A stretch of 64,000 nucleotides of DNA from the human T2T-CHM13v2.0 reference genome, Homo sapiens, in assembly GCF_009914755.1 (NCBI RefSeq), contig NC_060925.1; one strand, written 5' to 3'. Positions within the stretch are counted from its first letter, which is position 1. Each line of letters starts with the position of its first letter. A program made the translations under genes and the position numbers. Of this stretch, positions 1 to 17,009 are shown one piece after another. The notes under the pieces were generated by a model. The model made no database searches. It was not told the DNA's origin and was given only the letters and a program-made list of their open reading frames with translations.

Positions 1-506
1 CAGAAAATGGGTTTTTCTTTTCTATTGCATAGTCAGGCTGCAAATTTTCCAAACTTTTATGCTCTGCTTCCCTTATAAAATTGAATGCCTTTAACAACAC
101 CAAAGTCACCTCTTGAACAGTTTGCTGCCTTAGAAATTTCTTCCATCAGATACCCTAAATCATCCTTTTTAGGTTCAAAGTTCCACAAATCTCTAGGGGA
201 GGGGCAAAATGCCACCAGTCTTTTTGTTAAAACATAACAAGAGTCACCTTTGCTCCAGTTCCCAACAAGTTCCTCATCTCCATCTGAGACCACCTCAGCC
301 TGAATTTTATTGTCCATATTGCTATCAGCATTTTGGGCAAAGCCATTCAAGAAGTCTCTAGGAAGTTCCAAATTTTCCCACATTTTCCTGTCTTCTTCTG
401 AGCCTTTCAAACTGTTCCAACCTCTGCCTGTTACCCAGTTCCAAAGTCACTTCCACATTTTCAGATATCTTTTCAGCAACGCCCCACTCTACTGGTACCA
501 ATTTAC
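1..506 (-). mobile_element. THE1 (MaLR) internal region, 5' part, cut by the window edge
   Basis: The minus strand begins GTAAATTGGTACCAGTAGAGTGGGGCG right after the LTR, as THE1-int does. ORF 57..410 (WENLELPRDFLNGF...EELVGNWSKGDSCY) is the degenerate MaLR ORF and matches the ORF at 30538..30831. Confidence 0.93.
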
Positions 507-861
507 TGTATTAGTCCTTTTTCACACTGCTTATAAAGACATAACCAAGACTGGGAAGGAAAAAAAGTTTATTTAGACTTACAGTTCCACATGGCTGCAG
601 AGGCCTCAGAATCATGGTGGGAGGTGAAAGGCACTTCTTACATAGTGGTGGCAAGAGAAAAATAAGGAAGAAGCAAAAGCAGAAACCCTTAATAAACCCA
701 TCAGATTTCGTGAGACATATTCACTATCACGAGGGTAGCATGGGTAAGACCGGCTCCTGTGATTCAATTACCTCTCCCTGAGTCCCTCCCACAACACATG
801 GAAATTCTAGGAGATACAATTCAAGCTGAGATTTGGGTGGGGACACAGCCAAACCATATCT
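507..861 (-). mobile_element. THE1A 5' LTR
   Basis: The minus strand starts (A)GATATGGTTTGGCTGTGTCCCCACCCAAATCTCAGCTTGAATTGTATCTCC and ends GGACTAATACA. It has the THE1A-type GGGTTTCTGCTTTTGCTTCTTCC core. Confidence 0.88.
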
Positions 862-1481
862 GTATGTGATTAGATAGGAAGCTTGCTCTAAGTTGGTAGA
901 ATGTAATTTAATGCAAGAGAGTTTGAGTTGAAACAGTTTGAGATAAATATGATTTATATTACAAATATTTTACAGCAAACTTTTTCAATTTGTCATTATT
1001 GAAAATGTTTCAGATAAAAATGAAAGATGAAGAGTCTATTGACTCTTTTTTCTTAAGCTAAAATAGACAATACCAATATTAATTTATATATAGTATGTAT
1101 GAATGTTACTTTTGCTTTTTGATATGAAATATAAGTCATATGTTACTATAATAATAAGCACTACTGACAAAGTTTCTTCTTAATTGTAATCTTTACAGCA
1201 TAATGAATTCATCTTCCTACATCTAGACATGCAATAATGAAATATTTTAAATACTGAATTTAGGATGAATTTGATTTTATATATGCTTAAATTTGAAATA
1301 ACCACTTTCAAATTTCTCACCCAGTGATTATAACAATAAATGATCTTTGCTAGATATACAAAGGTACTTTCAAGCAATATTCCTTTTGTTGCTTACCACA
1401 ATTATGAAGTCTAATTTCAGAAATCTCAGATTAAGTGGGATAGTCAAGCATAGTGACAGAATTGGTATTTAAACCTGGACT

Positions 1482-2626
1482 GCTTCAATGCCTAATCTGT
1501 TGAGGGTTTTTTTTTTTTTTTTTATCATGAAGGGATGTTGGATTTTATTGAAGGCTTTTTCTGCATCTATTGGGATGACCATATGGTTTTTGGTTTTGAT
1601 TCTGTTTATGGGGTGAATCACATTTATTTATTTGCATATGTTGAACCAACCTTGCATTCCAGGAATAAAGCCTACTTGATTGTGGTGAATAAACCTTTTG
1701 ATGTGCTGCTGGACCTGGTTTTCTAGTATTCTGTTGAGGATTTTTGCATCTATGTTCATCAGGGATATTGACCTGAAGTTCCCTTTTTTCAGTGTGTCTT
1801 TGCCAGATTTTGGTATCAGGAAGATGCTGGATTTGTAGGATGAGTTAGGGAGAAGCCCCTCCTCCTTGACTTTTTGAAAGGGCTTTGGTAGGATTAATAT
1901 CAGTTCTCCTTGCATGTCTGGTAGAAGTTGGCTGTGAAGCCATCTGTTCTGGGGCTTCTTTTGGTTGGTAGTTTTTGTAGTTTTTTAAATTACTGATTCA
2001 ATTTGTGAACTTTTTATTGTTCTGTTCAGGTTTTTGCTTTCTTCCTTATTCAATCTACTATTTGACTCAGCAATCCACTACTGGGTATATACCCAAAGAA
2101 AAATAATTATATCAAAAGACATATACACCCATATGTTCATCGCAGTGCTATTCACAATAGCAAAGACATGGAATCAACCTAGGAGCCCATCAGCAGAGGA
2201 TAGGATAAAGAAAAGTGGTACATATACAACATGGAATACGATGCAGCCTTAAACAAGAATGAAATCATGTCCTCTGCAGCCAACATGGATTCAGCTGGAG
2301 ACCATTATCATAAGTGACCTAATGCAAGAACATAAAACCAAAAACTGCATGTTCTCACTTATAAGTGGGGGCTAAGCATTTAATACTCATGAAAGTAAAT
2401 ACAGGAATGATAGACCCTGGGGACCACTAGAAGAGGGAGGGAGGGAAGAGGGCATGAGCTGAAGAACCATCTGTTGGATATTATGCTTTCTGCCTGGGTG
2501 ACAGGGTCATTGGGACCACAAGCCTCAACCACAGGCAATTTACCCATGTAGCAAACCTGCATGTATATCCTTTAATCCATAATAAAAGTTGAAATTAATA
2601 AAAATAAAATAAATCGTACAAAAAAA
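1482..2626 (+). mobile_element. Older primate L1 (L1PA15/16-like) with 5' inversion, inserted in a MIR-like relic
   Basis: 1482-~2056 is antisense ORF2 (ORF 1628..1915: ...[18 protein letters not shown]...[15 protein letters not shown]). ~2055-2626 is sense ORF2 end, 3'UTR and A-tail. Degenerate TSD aaacctggact (1471-1481) / aaacccttggact (2624-2636). Confidence 0.88.
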
Positions 2627-3494
2627 CCCTTGGACTTCTAATGCCAAAGACTACATTTCCAGGTATTTAAAGTAAATAGACTAAAATAATTGATTAGAGA
2701 ATTTTAGGTGAGAGGAAAACACCCTTTCTCTGTGGATTAATAAAAACCCAATTAATATTCTTTCTTTTTATTCTCACCTCTCATTCCTTTATAGAGAAGA
2801 GCAATGGAAAGAAGAAGGGAGCAGGGAAACATGGTCAAGGAAGGAAAGTGATTCTCAATCAGGAGAAAAGGTAGCTCTCACTGGTGAAAATTTGGTGCAG
2901 TACAACCAAAATACAAAATCCAGTTTACAAAAAATGAAATATTTCAGTGACCCATATATTTATTTTTCTGTGTTTTTCTGCATGGGTTTGGGTTTTTTCC
3001 CTATTATTTCAGAATTGGGCTGTAGCCTGCAAGTAAATTAAAGAACACTTGTTTTCATTTTTAATTATTGATCAGCTGTCTCTAAGGTTCATTTACTATT
3101 AATGCAGAGGTAGAATTGTGTTTTTTCCATACTCTTTAGTTCTTGATGAACCCCATATGGTTCTGGTGCTCACAGCTCTTCAATAATTCAAGATTATCAT
3201 GGAAAAATAATCAAGTTTTGAAAATCTAGATCAGTGGTTTTCAAAGTTTTTTCTCCTGTCAACAATAGAAATATTTTTTTTCTAGTTAAATTATGATCTG
3301 GACTCAAACTTTTAAACTGTGTTTAAGTGGAGCTGCTTGGCTTTTGTATAAGAAGGAAGGTTTCTCCATGACTCAATTAACTTTCCATCCTCTCCGGTGA
3401 CCCCAGAGGTAGCTCTTTCAAAGGTTGGGGCTCCTGTTGAACAGAATTTGAAGTACACTGAGATAGATGAAAAGCAGTTAGGATGTAGCTCAGG

Positions 3495-3690
3495 CTGAGT
3501 TCTGAGATAGAGCTGATCTGGGTTCAAACCATGAACCTCACCATCAACTAGGCTTGTTACCAACAGCAGGTAGCTGAACTTCTCTAATATCAGTTTCCTC
3601 CTCAGTATAAGTGGGGAGAAAATAATGCCCACCTCATAAAACTGTTTTGAGGATTGAAATAATGCATAAGAAGTATTTGGCATGTATTGT
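3495..3690 (+). mobile_element. MIR SINE
   Basis: ctgggttcaaacc...cagtttcctcctcagtataagtgggg...cccacctcataaaactgttttgaggattgaaataat matches the MIR core. Confidence 0.75.
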
Positions 3691-4038
3691 TACTTGTGTC
3701 AGTTAATAATCTCTTCTGAGACATATTCTATAGTGATACAATGTTGGCAGTATGATGAAGCCATAGAGATAATGCTACTCAGAGTACAGACTGCTTTCTT
3801 GATGACAGACCTGAATATTTCAAATTATAATCCTAGGAGGCTATAGTTTATGCTTTTTTCCAACTCTAAGATTTGTATAAAGACACATATAAAGTGTATC
3901 CATTTTGAATAATACATTTAAAGGGATACTTTATCCCCTAAGATGCTGCACTGGTGAAAATCCCTAGGATAATGTGTAATCTTCTTTGACAGTATGTGCA
4001 CGTAAAATAGTTTCACAAGTGCAAGATGGCAAATGTAA

Positions 4039-4422
<384 letters not shown>

Positions 4423-6659
4423 TCATTTATCTAATTCTTAATAAGCAATCCATTTTGCTTTGTTTCTTCTCTCCCTCGCTTCCTTCTCTTCTTCCTTGCT
4501 TCTATTTGGTGCCAAACACCGCGTTTTATTTATGATATTAAAAAGTAAAGTGAGTGTGATGGTGGCTGGTCACCCATTGTTTTGAATTAATAACAGAAAA
4601 AAAGAAATATTTTAGTGGCCCATATGTTTATTTTTATGTGTTTATGTATGTGGTTTTGGGGTTTTTTAGTGCCTTCTATCCCTAGAAGTCACTTTAATCT
4701 CAAGACTGTCCAAATAAACTTTTCAGCAAAAGCATCAGGTGAGAAGTCTGGGAGAAACCATCCTATAAAACAATATGAACAGAATGGAGCAGTGAACACA
4801 ATGCTCCCATTCTTTCTCTGTCCTCCAAGCCATCTTTCTTCTTATAGACTCCCTGCCATGTGTTGCCTGGCTCAGGTTCTACATGTTCATCCTGCCATAT
4901 TGGCACTGGCTTCTTTGAATTCTGCTCTAGTTCTGAGACGGTGGCGCTTTCTTCACTACTAACTCCCAGGACCAGTGCATGCTATTCTTCAATTTATTGT
5001 GTAGATTAAAAGGTATCTTCTTAAAAAATGATGCATGCTGCTGGGAAATACAGACACTTTAATTTTACTTAGAATCTTACTTGGAATGTGTTAGTAGCCA
5101 GATAAACAAGCAAGACTGACTCAGGAAAGAAGCCAGAGAAAGGGTAAGTGTGTCAAGCAAAAGTAGACAGCAGCACCAAATTGAAAAAAAAAAAAAATGA
5201 GAGGAGGAGAAGAGGCTAAAGGTACATCTCCTTTTACTTTTCTTTCTTTCTTTCTTTCTTTTTTTTTTTGTAATTTTGCTTTAAGCTTTCCATTCAAATT
5301 ATCTTATGCTTCTTGGACTAGCTATTAATATTAGACTTATGGTTGATTAGCATTTCAAAGAGATAGAGGCAATGTATGATGATTCTGAGTCACCTACTCC
5401 ATTGAATGACAGCTTGACTAACCCAGTGACACATACAGGTCTCAGCCACACCCCTATCCTGAACGTGTCTTCTCAGAATTCTCTCCCTTAATCTTGATCT
5501 TTGTGTTCTTCTTTGACTTTCCATTTTATGTCTCTTTTGCCTCTTGTAATGAATTCTCTGTTTTCCTAATCTTCCTCCTTACCTCTTTCAAAGTCTGTGT
5601 ATTTCTTTCTCCCTCTTTGTGAGTGAGCTTTCTCTCTCTCTTTTTCTCTAATATTTTGCATACCCTTAATTCTTATCTGTACAAGCCATGGATTTTGAAT
5701 TATATATTTGAAATATTAACTGCAGCTATTTAATAAAGATTTACAACTCTAGGTTTCTGTTAAATAACAAGTAGTTGAAAGTTAAAAATTTCACATTTTA
5801 CAGGAGAGGTTTTTTGCTATGTAAGCCACTTCTTCTTTGGACTTTAGGTCAGAATATTTAAGTAGAAAAAGAACTATCAGTTCTAATTTAAGCTGTTATT
5901 TTAATGTTATAGACAGTAAATTTAAATTATTCATGGCATTATGGAATATTCCTGGGTTTCCTGATCCTCTAGTTTTAGGCTACAGTGTTTCATGAACTGG
6001 CTTAACTACAAAAACCATTATCTAAAATCCATACCAAACATTAAAAGGGCAGAAAAGGGGAGAAGGCATACAGACATTGAAAAATTCTGTACAAACTTCA
6101 GCCTGTAAGTGCTTTGAACTCACACACAACCTTTAATGTTTTCCTTGCATTCTTTGAATGAACCTCGCTTTTCTGTTCAGAACCCTAGCATGTCTAGGAA
6201 CTTACATTGCATGTGCTTAATCATGGAAGTGACCATATGTTCTTTTTATTTCTAACTCTATTTGGCTCTGTCTGCCCTGACTTTTTCCTCTCTGGTCATA
6301 AAGTTTTTATCTTACCATTCAGTTTCTCCCAGAAAGCCTCTGAACCAGTCCAACTTTGTTATTTCTGTCTGCTCCCCGAGTCCTTGATGGAAGTGTGGGT
6401 GAGGATGGGGGACTGTTTAAACTTTTCCCTTTTAGGTTACCATCTTATCTCCTTGCTCTCCCAGTATCAATATTCTCTCTGCTAGAGAGCAGCTTCTCAA
6501 CCTACTTGGGTCCCTTAGGGATGTCTCTGCATACTAATCTTTCAGTACTTATCTGCAATCCATTACTTACCCTCATTAAATACAGTTTGGATCATTTCCC
6601 AGAGTCAATGGCAAAAATAAAAAGGAATTTTTAGTTTAATTAAAGACTGGCACCATTTT

Positions 6660-9224
<2,565 letters not shown>

Positions 9225-9621
9225 AATATTGGCATCATTTTCAACAATAAAAATGTTTTTAAAATTTTGTGTTGTGGCAAAAATTGGCTATGCAAGATAT
9301 TTTTATCACTTTATAAAAGATTATGGATCAAAAAATATTAATGAAAATAAAACAAAATATATTAAAGCTTCCTCTATTATCTTTATTCAACTTAGGTTTA
9401 AATTGTATGATAAATTAGAAATGGAAGATATTAAGAAAATAAAAGGCTTTATAGAACTTTTGTAGAAATTTGAAAGATTTGCATAATTTGTATAGAGTAA
9501 AATTGGGGACAGTTTTCCATGAGGTCATAAGTACAGGATAGGAGGGCATTAAGGTGGTGGAATAAAATTGGTACATACTGGTATGGGACATAATTACAGC
9601 AAAATGTGTGCAGGGGGTAGG

Positions 9622-9930
9622 ATTCATTTATTCAGTCAGTTGGACAGTCAATTATATATTTTACAAATTGTCTAGTTAGTGTTATTTTGTGCCAGTCATT
9701 ATACTAGGTTTTGGGATTTCAGTGGTAAATAAAAACAGACAACATGAAGTATAACTGTATAAGCATTCATTGAGTAATAACACAATAATTTAATGATTAT
9801 GTATGTGTTTGGCAGGAAGACAACCGAAGCCATAGAACCACATAGCAGGGGGTCTTGTTATGCAGAGTGTAGAATCAGAGATTTCCATGATGAAATGATA
9901 TTGAATTAAATATTAAAGTGGGAGTGAAGA
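9622..9930 (-). mobile_element. L2 LINE 3' fragment
   Basis: ttcatttattcag...tgtgccagtcattatactaggttttgggatttcagtggtaaataaaaacagac resembles the antisense L2 3' end. Boundaries approximate. Confidence 0.6.
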
Positions 9931-11114
9931 GAACATCCTTTCTGTTTTATTTTGAGATTGGCAACCCTCGGCATTCTTAAAGTTCAAGGGGAAGGATTCA
10001 GTACCTAGGGAATAGTAGAACATATGGAGGAAAAAAAGATATCTGCAAGATATCTGAGATGGTAGAAATAGGAAATGAAGTTGTAGGATTTTGTGGTGGG
10101 GAAGCGGGTCACAGTTTAGTGCTTTCCTTAAGACAGGAAAAGATACTTGTGATTGTTTTGTAAATAGGCTCTTGAACAGGGAGGAAACTGGTGAAGCTAT
10201 TGCTTTAAGAATGGTGGCAATAGATTGTTGAGCGATTGGAATAGCTTAAGAGTGAAAGACCAGGTCAAGTGGAAGATAGCTGCATCTAAGCAGTCATTGA
10301 GTAATAAGGTCATGAATCGAGATAGCTTAATGTCCACGTGAAAATTATCTTCTATGTTTTCTGTTTTCGTGACATGTTTTCACTCCTATTTTTTTTAAAA
10401 CAAAATGCAGTTGTGTGTATCTCAGAAGTCCTATTCAGTAAAAATTTTTCCTATACTCTCAGGAAGAGTTTTATTGCAACTCCCCCAGAATCCCACAGAA
10501 TTTGATTTCTACCTCTTAGTGCACACTCTATGAAACAATGAATTGTTTATGTTCTTGTTACCTGAATAAAACTGATAATTTCTCATGGGCTTGGAGAGTT
10601 GTTATTTATTTTTTATAGCATACACAAGGCAGAATTTGGAAAATATTGGACACACAATAGATAACAATTAGATATTGTTATTGATTGACTGAGTGCCTAG
10701 ATGAAGAGAATCAACATTTGCATTTTTTATATTTTCCACAGGTAGCCTGTCTTGTTGCTTTTCTTCTTAGTGTATCTTTAAGTAAAAGACTTCATAATTT
10801 GGAAAATGCCAATACCTTTATTGTTGAAATCAATTGCATGCCTAAAGCAGACAGATTAACTGCTTTTCAAGACATAGAGAATTCATGGTAACTGGTTTAT
10901 CTAACAGTGTTATTATTCAGTTTCAGAATAATACATACCAAAATATGTTGTGTTTTCCCATTCTTAGTGGCTGTTCTAACAGGTTCACCAACAACGTTGT
11001 TTACTTCTCTCTTTCTCTCTCTTACTTTCTCTCATGTCTCTATATATCTATAATCTTTCTATCTATCCACTGATCTATAATCCCATGTATATACATATAT
11101 GTACCCTGAAGCGA

Positions 11115-11310
11115 GATAAACATGGATTTAAATCGTGTTGCCTTAATTTAACTATGACTCAGAAATGTCATACAGTCACTGAGCCTCAGTTTCTGCATCT
11201 GAAAATGGTAAATAATTTCTCTTATCTTGCAGACTTTAAGACAGGATTAGAAATAACATCTTGTGAAGTATTTAATAATTGGTAGACAATTCACAGTGGC
11301 TATTATTTTG
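11115..11310 (+). mobile_element. MIR SINE
   Basis: catggatttaaatc...ctgagcctcagtttctgcatctgaaaatgg core. Confidence 0.7.
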
Positions 11311-13269
11311 GTGTATACTTTATGGTACTCATTGTTATGTAGTATATAGGCATAAATGGTTAATGCTATTCATAACTGACAATGTATTCTGATCCTTTTT
11401 GGTGGACAACTGAGAGAAAAGTCTGTGGTTTCAGATTCTGCCCCTTTAGGAATGGATAATTGAGAGGAAGGAGCCGGGATTCTTCATTCCTCTCCCTCCA
11501 TTAGCATCCAAACTGGAACCTTCATGATGGAGGATAGGATGGATTCTCCTGTTAGAGAAGATAGTTGCACCATCTGAACACTGGTTACTCAGGATTCTAT
11601 GTTTATCTTTTAACTTTTTCAATGAGGACGACTATTGTATTGGCAGAAAGAGTGCTTTTTGATATGGTTTATGTATATGCCCAACTCCTAATGCACAAAC
11701 CTGTTAGTAGAGCACATTCAGGATACTCAAGCCCTGACTACTGTTGAATAAAGAAACAATAACCCTATTTTATTTAGAGGAACCACCTCAAAGTCTCTTG
11801 CAGTAATGCTCAATTCTCTTCCCTTCCTAACTCACCAGGAAGAAGGGGGCTGGAGGCACAAATACATGTTTCTTCCCACTCCCAAAGAGAAAGGCTGTGC
11901 AGTGGGAGTAGGCTAGATGTTACAATTCTTTGCTCCATTAGGGGATTAAAATGACAGGTGACACTTCTCTTTTATAAGCTAGGCACCTAGGAAAAAAAGG
12001 TTGCTTGTTTTGGGTTTGCTTTATAATAAGAAGAATATGCTGAAGCACAGGGTGCTAGAAAATAAAAGATGGGTAAGAGGTTTGATGAAAGACTGGGAAT
12101 AAAAGTAGTTGCATTTCTAGAACAGCATGAAAATGTAATCCTACAATGTTTGAGATTGCCATGGATGAAGTTTTAAAGAAGTGACTTTGCTCAGGAAATT
12201 AAGTTTTTGATCAAGGAGAGTAAAGGTTAAGAAAGTATTTGCAATTTGGTATCAGGTTTAGAGAAGACTTCAAGTGTTATAGTATAGAGGCCATTTGGAA
12301 AGTCAACCCTTAGCCTAAAGTATGGAGAAAGGGGAGGGAGAGGAGGGCTTTTAAAAGGAAGTAGGAAAGACAAAATCGTATCTTGCTCATTTGATAATTT
12401 TGCCTAAAATCTGATGGGACTGATCTTAGCTTAGTGGCCCCATCTTTTTAAAAACGTTTCAGCCCATCTTTTCTGGAATTGGTAAGATTGGAAGTGGATA
12501 GCAGCTGGGCGTGTCTTCAAATGATTTGTTGTTGAACAGAATAATTCCTTTTCTAGAACTAACCCATACTAAGGTGTTGTATAGAGGTGGAGTAGGGTGG
12601 TGATAGCTAGTTATTTATTGGGCAAACATGCTAAGCAAAGTAGCTTAGAAAGTATAATGGCACAAAGATAAACTGTTGGCTTACTTCCTGCTTAGTGAAA
12701 TATTGTTTATTAAGACTCAATTCATAGTTGGCTTCTATTGATTTTTTACCATCCAGTACTCAAAGATGTGCAAAAATGTTCCAGCATTTGCTCAATAATC
12801 AAATGATCACTTTCTTTGTATTGACAATCTCTCTTGATGTTAGTTTGTTCCACATGTCATCCAAGGCTGACAATCATTATAGTAGCCTCAAGTTTTTCGT
12901 CATTACAACTTCTTGACCTCTCTCCTTCTTTCTCTTTCTCCAACTTAAGACCCAGGTATATAGAACCATTTGCAACTTCTACAACATACTGTCATTGCTT
13001 ATACTTTACCCAGTGGTTGGAACATTCTAACTTACTTCTTCACTTGCCTCACTCTACTGAATTCTCAAGACGGGGCTCAATGTCCTATAGGAAGCATGGC
13101 CAGTTGCAGGATGAAGTCAAAGATAGCTGTCTCTGCTACGTGCTCCAGTTAGATTTCTGTGCTTTGTAACAGCATTAATCACAACATATAGCATGTCATT
13201 TTCCTGCTCCTCTCTTTCTGGGTCATGAATAACTTGAGGAGGAAGAATCTATTTTACTTTTGCTTTGAA

Positions 13270-13271
<2 letters not shown>

Positions 13272-13314
<43 letters not shown>
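13272..13314. repeat. (CA)21 microsatellite
   Basis: Uninterrupted AC run read directly. Confidence 0.98.
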
Positions 13315-13317
<3 letters not shown>

Positions 13318-15484
13318 TACCTAATGTATGATTCAACATAATGTCTGGCTTAGTAGGTCATCAGTAGGTTCAAAGAATAAATGAATATATGAATTGCAAG
13401 TGCTTTGCATAATGGATATGTAATAAGTAACTGTTAAATAAATGTTTTCAAAGGAGTTACTCTTCTTGAAGAAAGCAAACTTCTTGATTCTATTTTTATT
13501 ACAAAAGTTTAAAGATATATTTAATGAGACATTTTCAAAGGAAATGCCATAAATGGAGGTCATTAATCATTCACTAATTCCTTTTCAACCAACTTCAGGT
13601 GATTGTTTCCCCCAAATCAAATAAATGTTAAAATTATTTGTATAGCTGTTAAAGTGATTGATATAACTTACATTTAAATGGAAGAAAAGTGTTTTGATAG
13701 TAACATTTTCAGCCCCAAGATAGCATGTTTTCCTCATGTGTTTTCCAAAGAAAGGAAGCTAGATTACTATGACTTAATTTATAATATATTTCAACATTGA
13801 TGGATGAAAAAATAATGAAGTGTTTATTTACCTGAAGAAAGTAAATTCAAGGTCCAATATATCTTAATATACTGATTTATTGCTTATGTAATGTATAATA
13901 TTAATTATGTACAACTGCATTATACAACATACATAATGGCAGTAATTATGTTCGTGTGTCTGAAATACATTTTTGAATGAGGTATTTATTTATTGAATTC
14001 AAAGGGCAGAACAATAAGTTAAAAGAAAGTATAAGGCATGGCCAGAGCTCGGTCCAGTTTCCAGCATACAACAAGCTCTCCATAAAGCATAATTTCTCTT
14101 TTAAGGATATTGTCCTTAAGGCAGTGTGCTGTGGTAGTGTTGAGTCAAGCAGTCTGGACTTAATAAGACGTTTCCCTGGCATTCAAAAGTTTTTGATCTG
14201 TTAAAGGTAGAAAAATTTTTATTAAAAAGACTATTTTGTATTAGCCAAAAGGGGATATAATCGTTGTTAATGTAAAAATAGATATGATGTATTACTTAAA
14301 AATTTTTGACTCTCTAATATCTTTCAAATTTCCAACACCAACAGTAATATAAGTCCAGTAAGCCATGAATCAAATTGGAACTGTACTTCAGCAATGGTGT
14401 AGTTCTTTGCAGTGCAGTCTATTATGTTAAGTAGTTTCTTACCGTATGAAATTCATGTGTTCTTTTCATAAACCTAGGATTATAAAAAGTCTAATGTGAT
14501 GTGTGAGTTTAAGGCTATGAATCCAGCTTTAGGGAGGTCTCATTAAGGAAAAAGGGGACAGATGGATCCATGTGCCTACTGTGTGTTATAGTGCCTACTG
14601 AGTGCTTTTGGAATAAAAAGATGAGTAAGTTTGAGCCTTTTAACAATAGCTACTTCCCTTAGAAGGAGGAAAGGAAATTACAGAATACCTCTTTGAATTT
14701 TTGACCAGTTATAAATTTTTTTTAAAAGTGAAATAAAGAAGTTAACTAATTGGATTTGCTTCACTATTTCAGTCAATCTGTGTTGAATCTTTGAGCCAAA
14801 CTGGTTGAGCAGCTTACATGACAGCTCTCCAAGTAAATGGAAAATTTCCCAAGCTCATGCTGGTTAGGAAACAGAAGTCCTCTTTTAAAGCAGTGCAGAA
14901 CTCAGCAGTTTGGGTTTCATTGAACTGGCTTAGTGGTTTCAACTTATATAACTTCCATATGGAAAGTTAAGGGGAACATAGAAACCAAACCCTCTTATTG
15001 TACCACCTGAGAGCAGCTGCTCTTTCGGGGGTTTCTGGTACATTGCCTAGGACCCTGGAGATCTTTTATTTTTCCTAAAAATCTGGAATTCTGTCCAAAG
15101 ACCAACGAAACCATGAAAGTCAAACTTATGCAAACTAATTTCTAATGGCAGTGAGAGGAGGAAATCCAGTTTAATCTCCTTTTTAAAGTGCACAAACACT
15201 TGGAACTGTTTGACCTAACAGTCAGCAAAGGGTCCAGAGAGAACCAACACAAAACAGGCAACAGGATTGTGTTCTCTAGTAAATCATGGATGGTGAAAAA
15301 ATTTTGTTTTTCTTTTGAAATAGTCTAGAGGCAAATGAGAATATTAGGCTGAACACTGTAAATTACAGACAACTAGGAACCATGATTGGTAAGGACTAAA
15401 GATGCAATTTTGAAACTAAAACAAACAAAAAATTTATGTCTCACTTGGTTATGGGAGGACATTGAGAATCAATGAAGGTCTGTC

Positions 15485-15680
15485 AAGTATTATACTAAAT
15501 GTATTATATGTGCTTTGTCATCTAATTTTTTATCACTTCTATGGGTAGGAATTATTTCAACCTAATTTTTGCTTCTGAAGAAACTGACAGAGAGACGGAA
15601 TGTGTTTCTAAAGGACTGAAAAGGGGTGAATTTAGGATCGAATCCTAGGTGTGTTTCTACCTGTTTTAAACATACTGCTT
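15485..15680 (-). mobile_element. MIR SINE
   Basis: cacttctatgggtaggaattatt...gaagaaactgacagagag...ggatcgaatcctagg. Confidence 0.6.
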
Positions 15681-16689
15681 TCTATTTTGAGGTGTTTATA
15701 ATATTTCTTTTAGGTATATGAATTTACAAATGCCAAGAGTGGGTTGAACCATTCTTAAAATATTGATAGTTTCATAAAAAATATTGTAAAAATCTTTACA
15801 TGCCTAAAATTGATTACTTCTCTGAGAAAGTTTCTACATGATTGAATTTGTGTGGCCGAATGAAAAGACATATGTTTTAGAAGAGAAAAGTAATGAATGA
15901 TTGATGATTGTGCAGTGTTTCTATCCAGTGATTTAGAACTCAGCTTGTTTGAATTGCTTTAGCAGAGGGATCACAAGCGATATATATTTTTTAAGTAAAT
16001 GTTTAAAACATTGGCTATATCTTTAATTAGAGAAAAATTTCTGGACTCACGACGAGCACAGAAATTTGAGAAAATTAGTGTAATTAAAACTCAGATGTCC
16101 AGCAAGTTTGTATTATATTTCTTTTGTGCTTCATAAGATGTGAATAATATTTTCCAAATAATTAAGACTGAATGTTAACTCTGTGAGAAAAAGAATTTAT
16201 TTTTAGAAATTTGAATAAGAATCTCCCTTTAAAATCCACATTTCCATGCCATATGTGATCATTTTATGAGTAAAATTTTACCTTTCCTAGAATCCAAGAT
16301 CATTATTATAAACATCAGCTACTGAGTTACTCTGTTAACTGCCATTGATACAATTTTTACAAAATATAAACTTGAGTAACAACTGGTCCTAGATTTAACA
16401 AACAGAAACAAAAATTACCCATTTATTGTAATAATGACATATTTTTAAATCTTCTATAACTGGAATAAAATAACCAGCCACTATATGTATCTGATCCTCT
16501 GCATTCTCATTCCAACTGCATGATGAAGGTCAAACTCCTGCTCAATGCATGATCTTTGTCACGAGGTGGAGCTTACCAGGACTTATGACTGTTTACAAAC
16601 TGACCTTTTTCTCCTTTGACCCCTATCTTTTTCTTAGTATATGTGCTGCTGAAGTAAGCATTCTCCTTTGACTCTTTCCCTTCATTTTA

Positions 16690-16732
16690 TTATTATTTTT
16701 TTCAATTTTTCTTTTCAATTTTTTGTGGGTAC
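16690..16732 (-). mobile_element. Ultra-truncated L1 3' terminus (L1PB/L1MA-type) with TSD
   Basis: The minus strand reads GTACCCACAAAAAATTGAAAAG followed by an A-rich tail. 13-bp direct repeat tcccttcatttta at 16677-16689 and 16733-16745. Confidence 0.7.
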
Positions 16733-17009
16733 TCCCTTCATTTTAGAATCTCAAAGTAGCACTTAGTCACCAAATGTCTGTTTCTTCTGTTTTGAAGTCT
16801 AATCTAACTCCTCTGGCTCCCCTGAGCTAATGCTGATTCCCAAAGAGAAGGCACCCTTAACTCAAAGTTAGAAATATAATCAAAGTCCCTAAGTTTCCTC
16901 AAATATCTCTTTCTAGCATGTCTTTCTGAACTGAGTCTTATCAGAAATTTCTCCTGCAAAAATACTTTCCTGGCTTGTACTTCCTAATTTTATTCAAGAA
17001 TGTAGCAGG

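Noticed and set aside
10720-10893. Strong acceptor ttttccacAG at 10741 with an open frame to a possible GTAACT donor
   Set aside because: The donor is weak, the length (146 nt) is not frame-preserving and the peptide is unrecognisable; such acceptors are common in AT-rich DNA.
14839-14850. GGAAAATTTCCC as an NF-kB site
   Set aside because: The spacing does not fit GGGRNNYYCC, and a single motif is insufficient.
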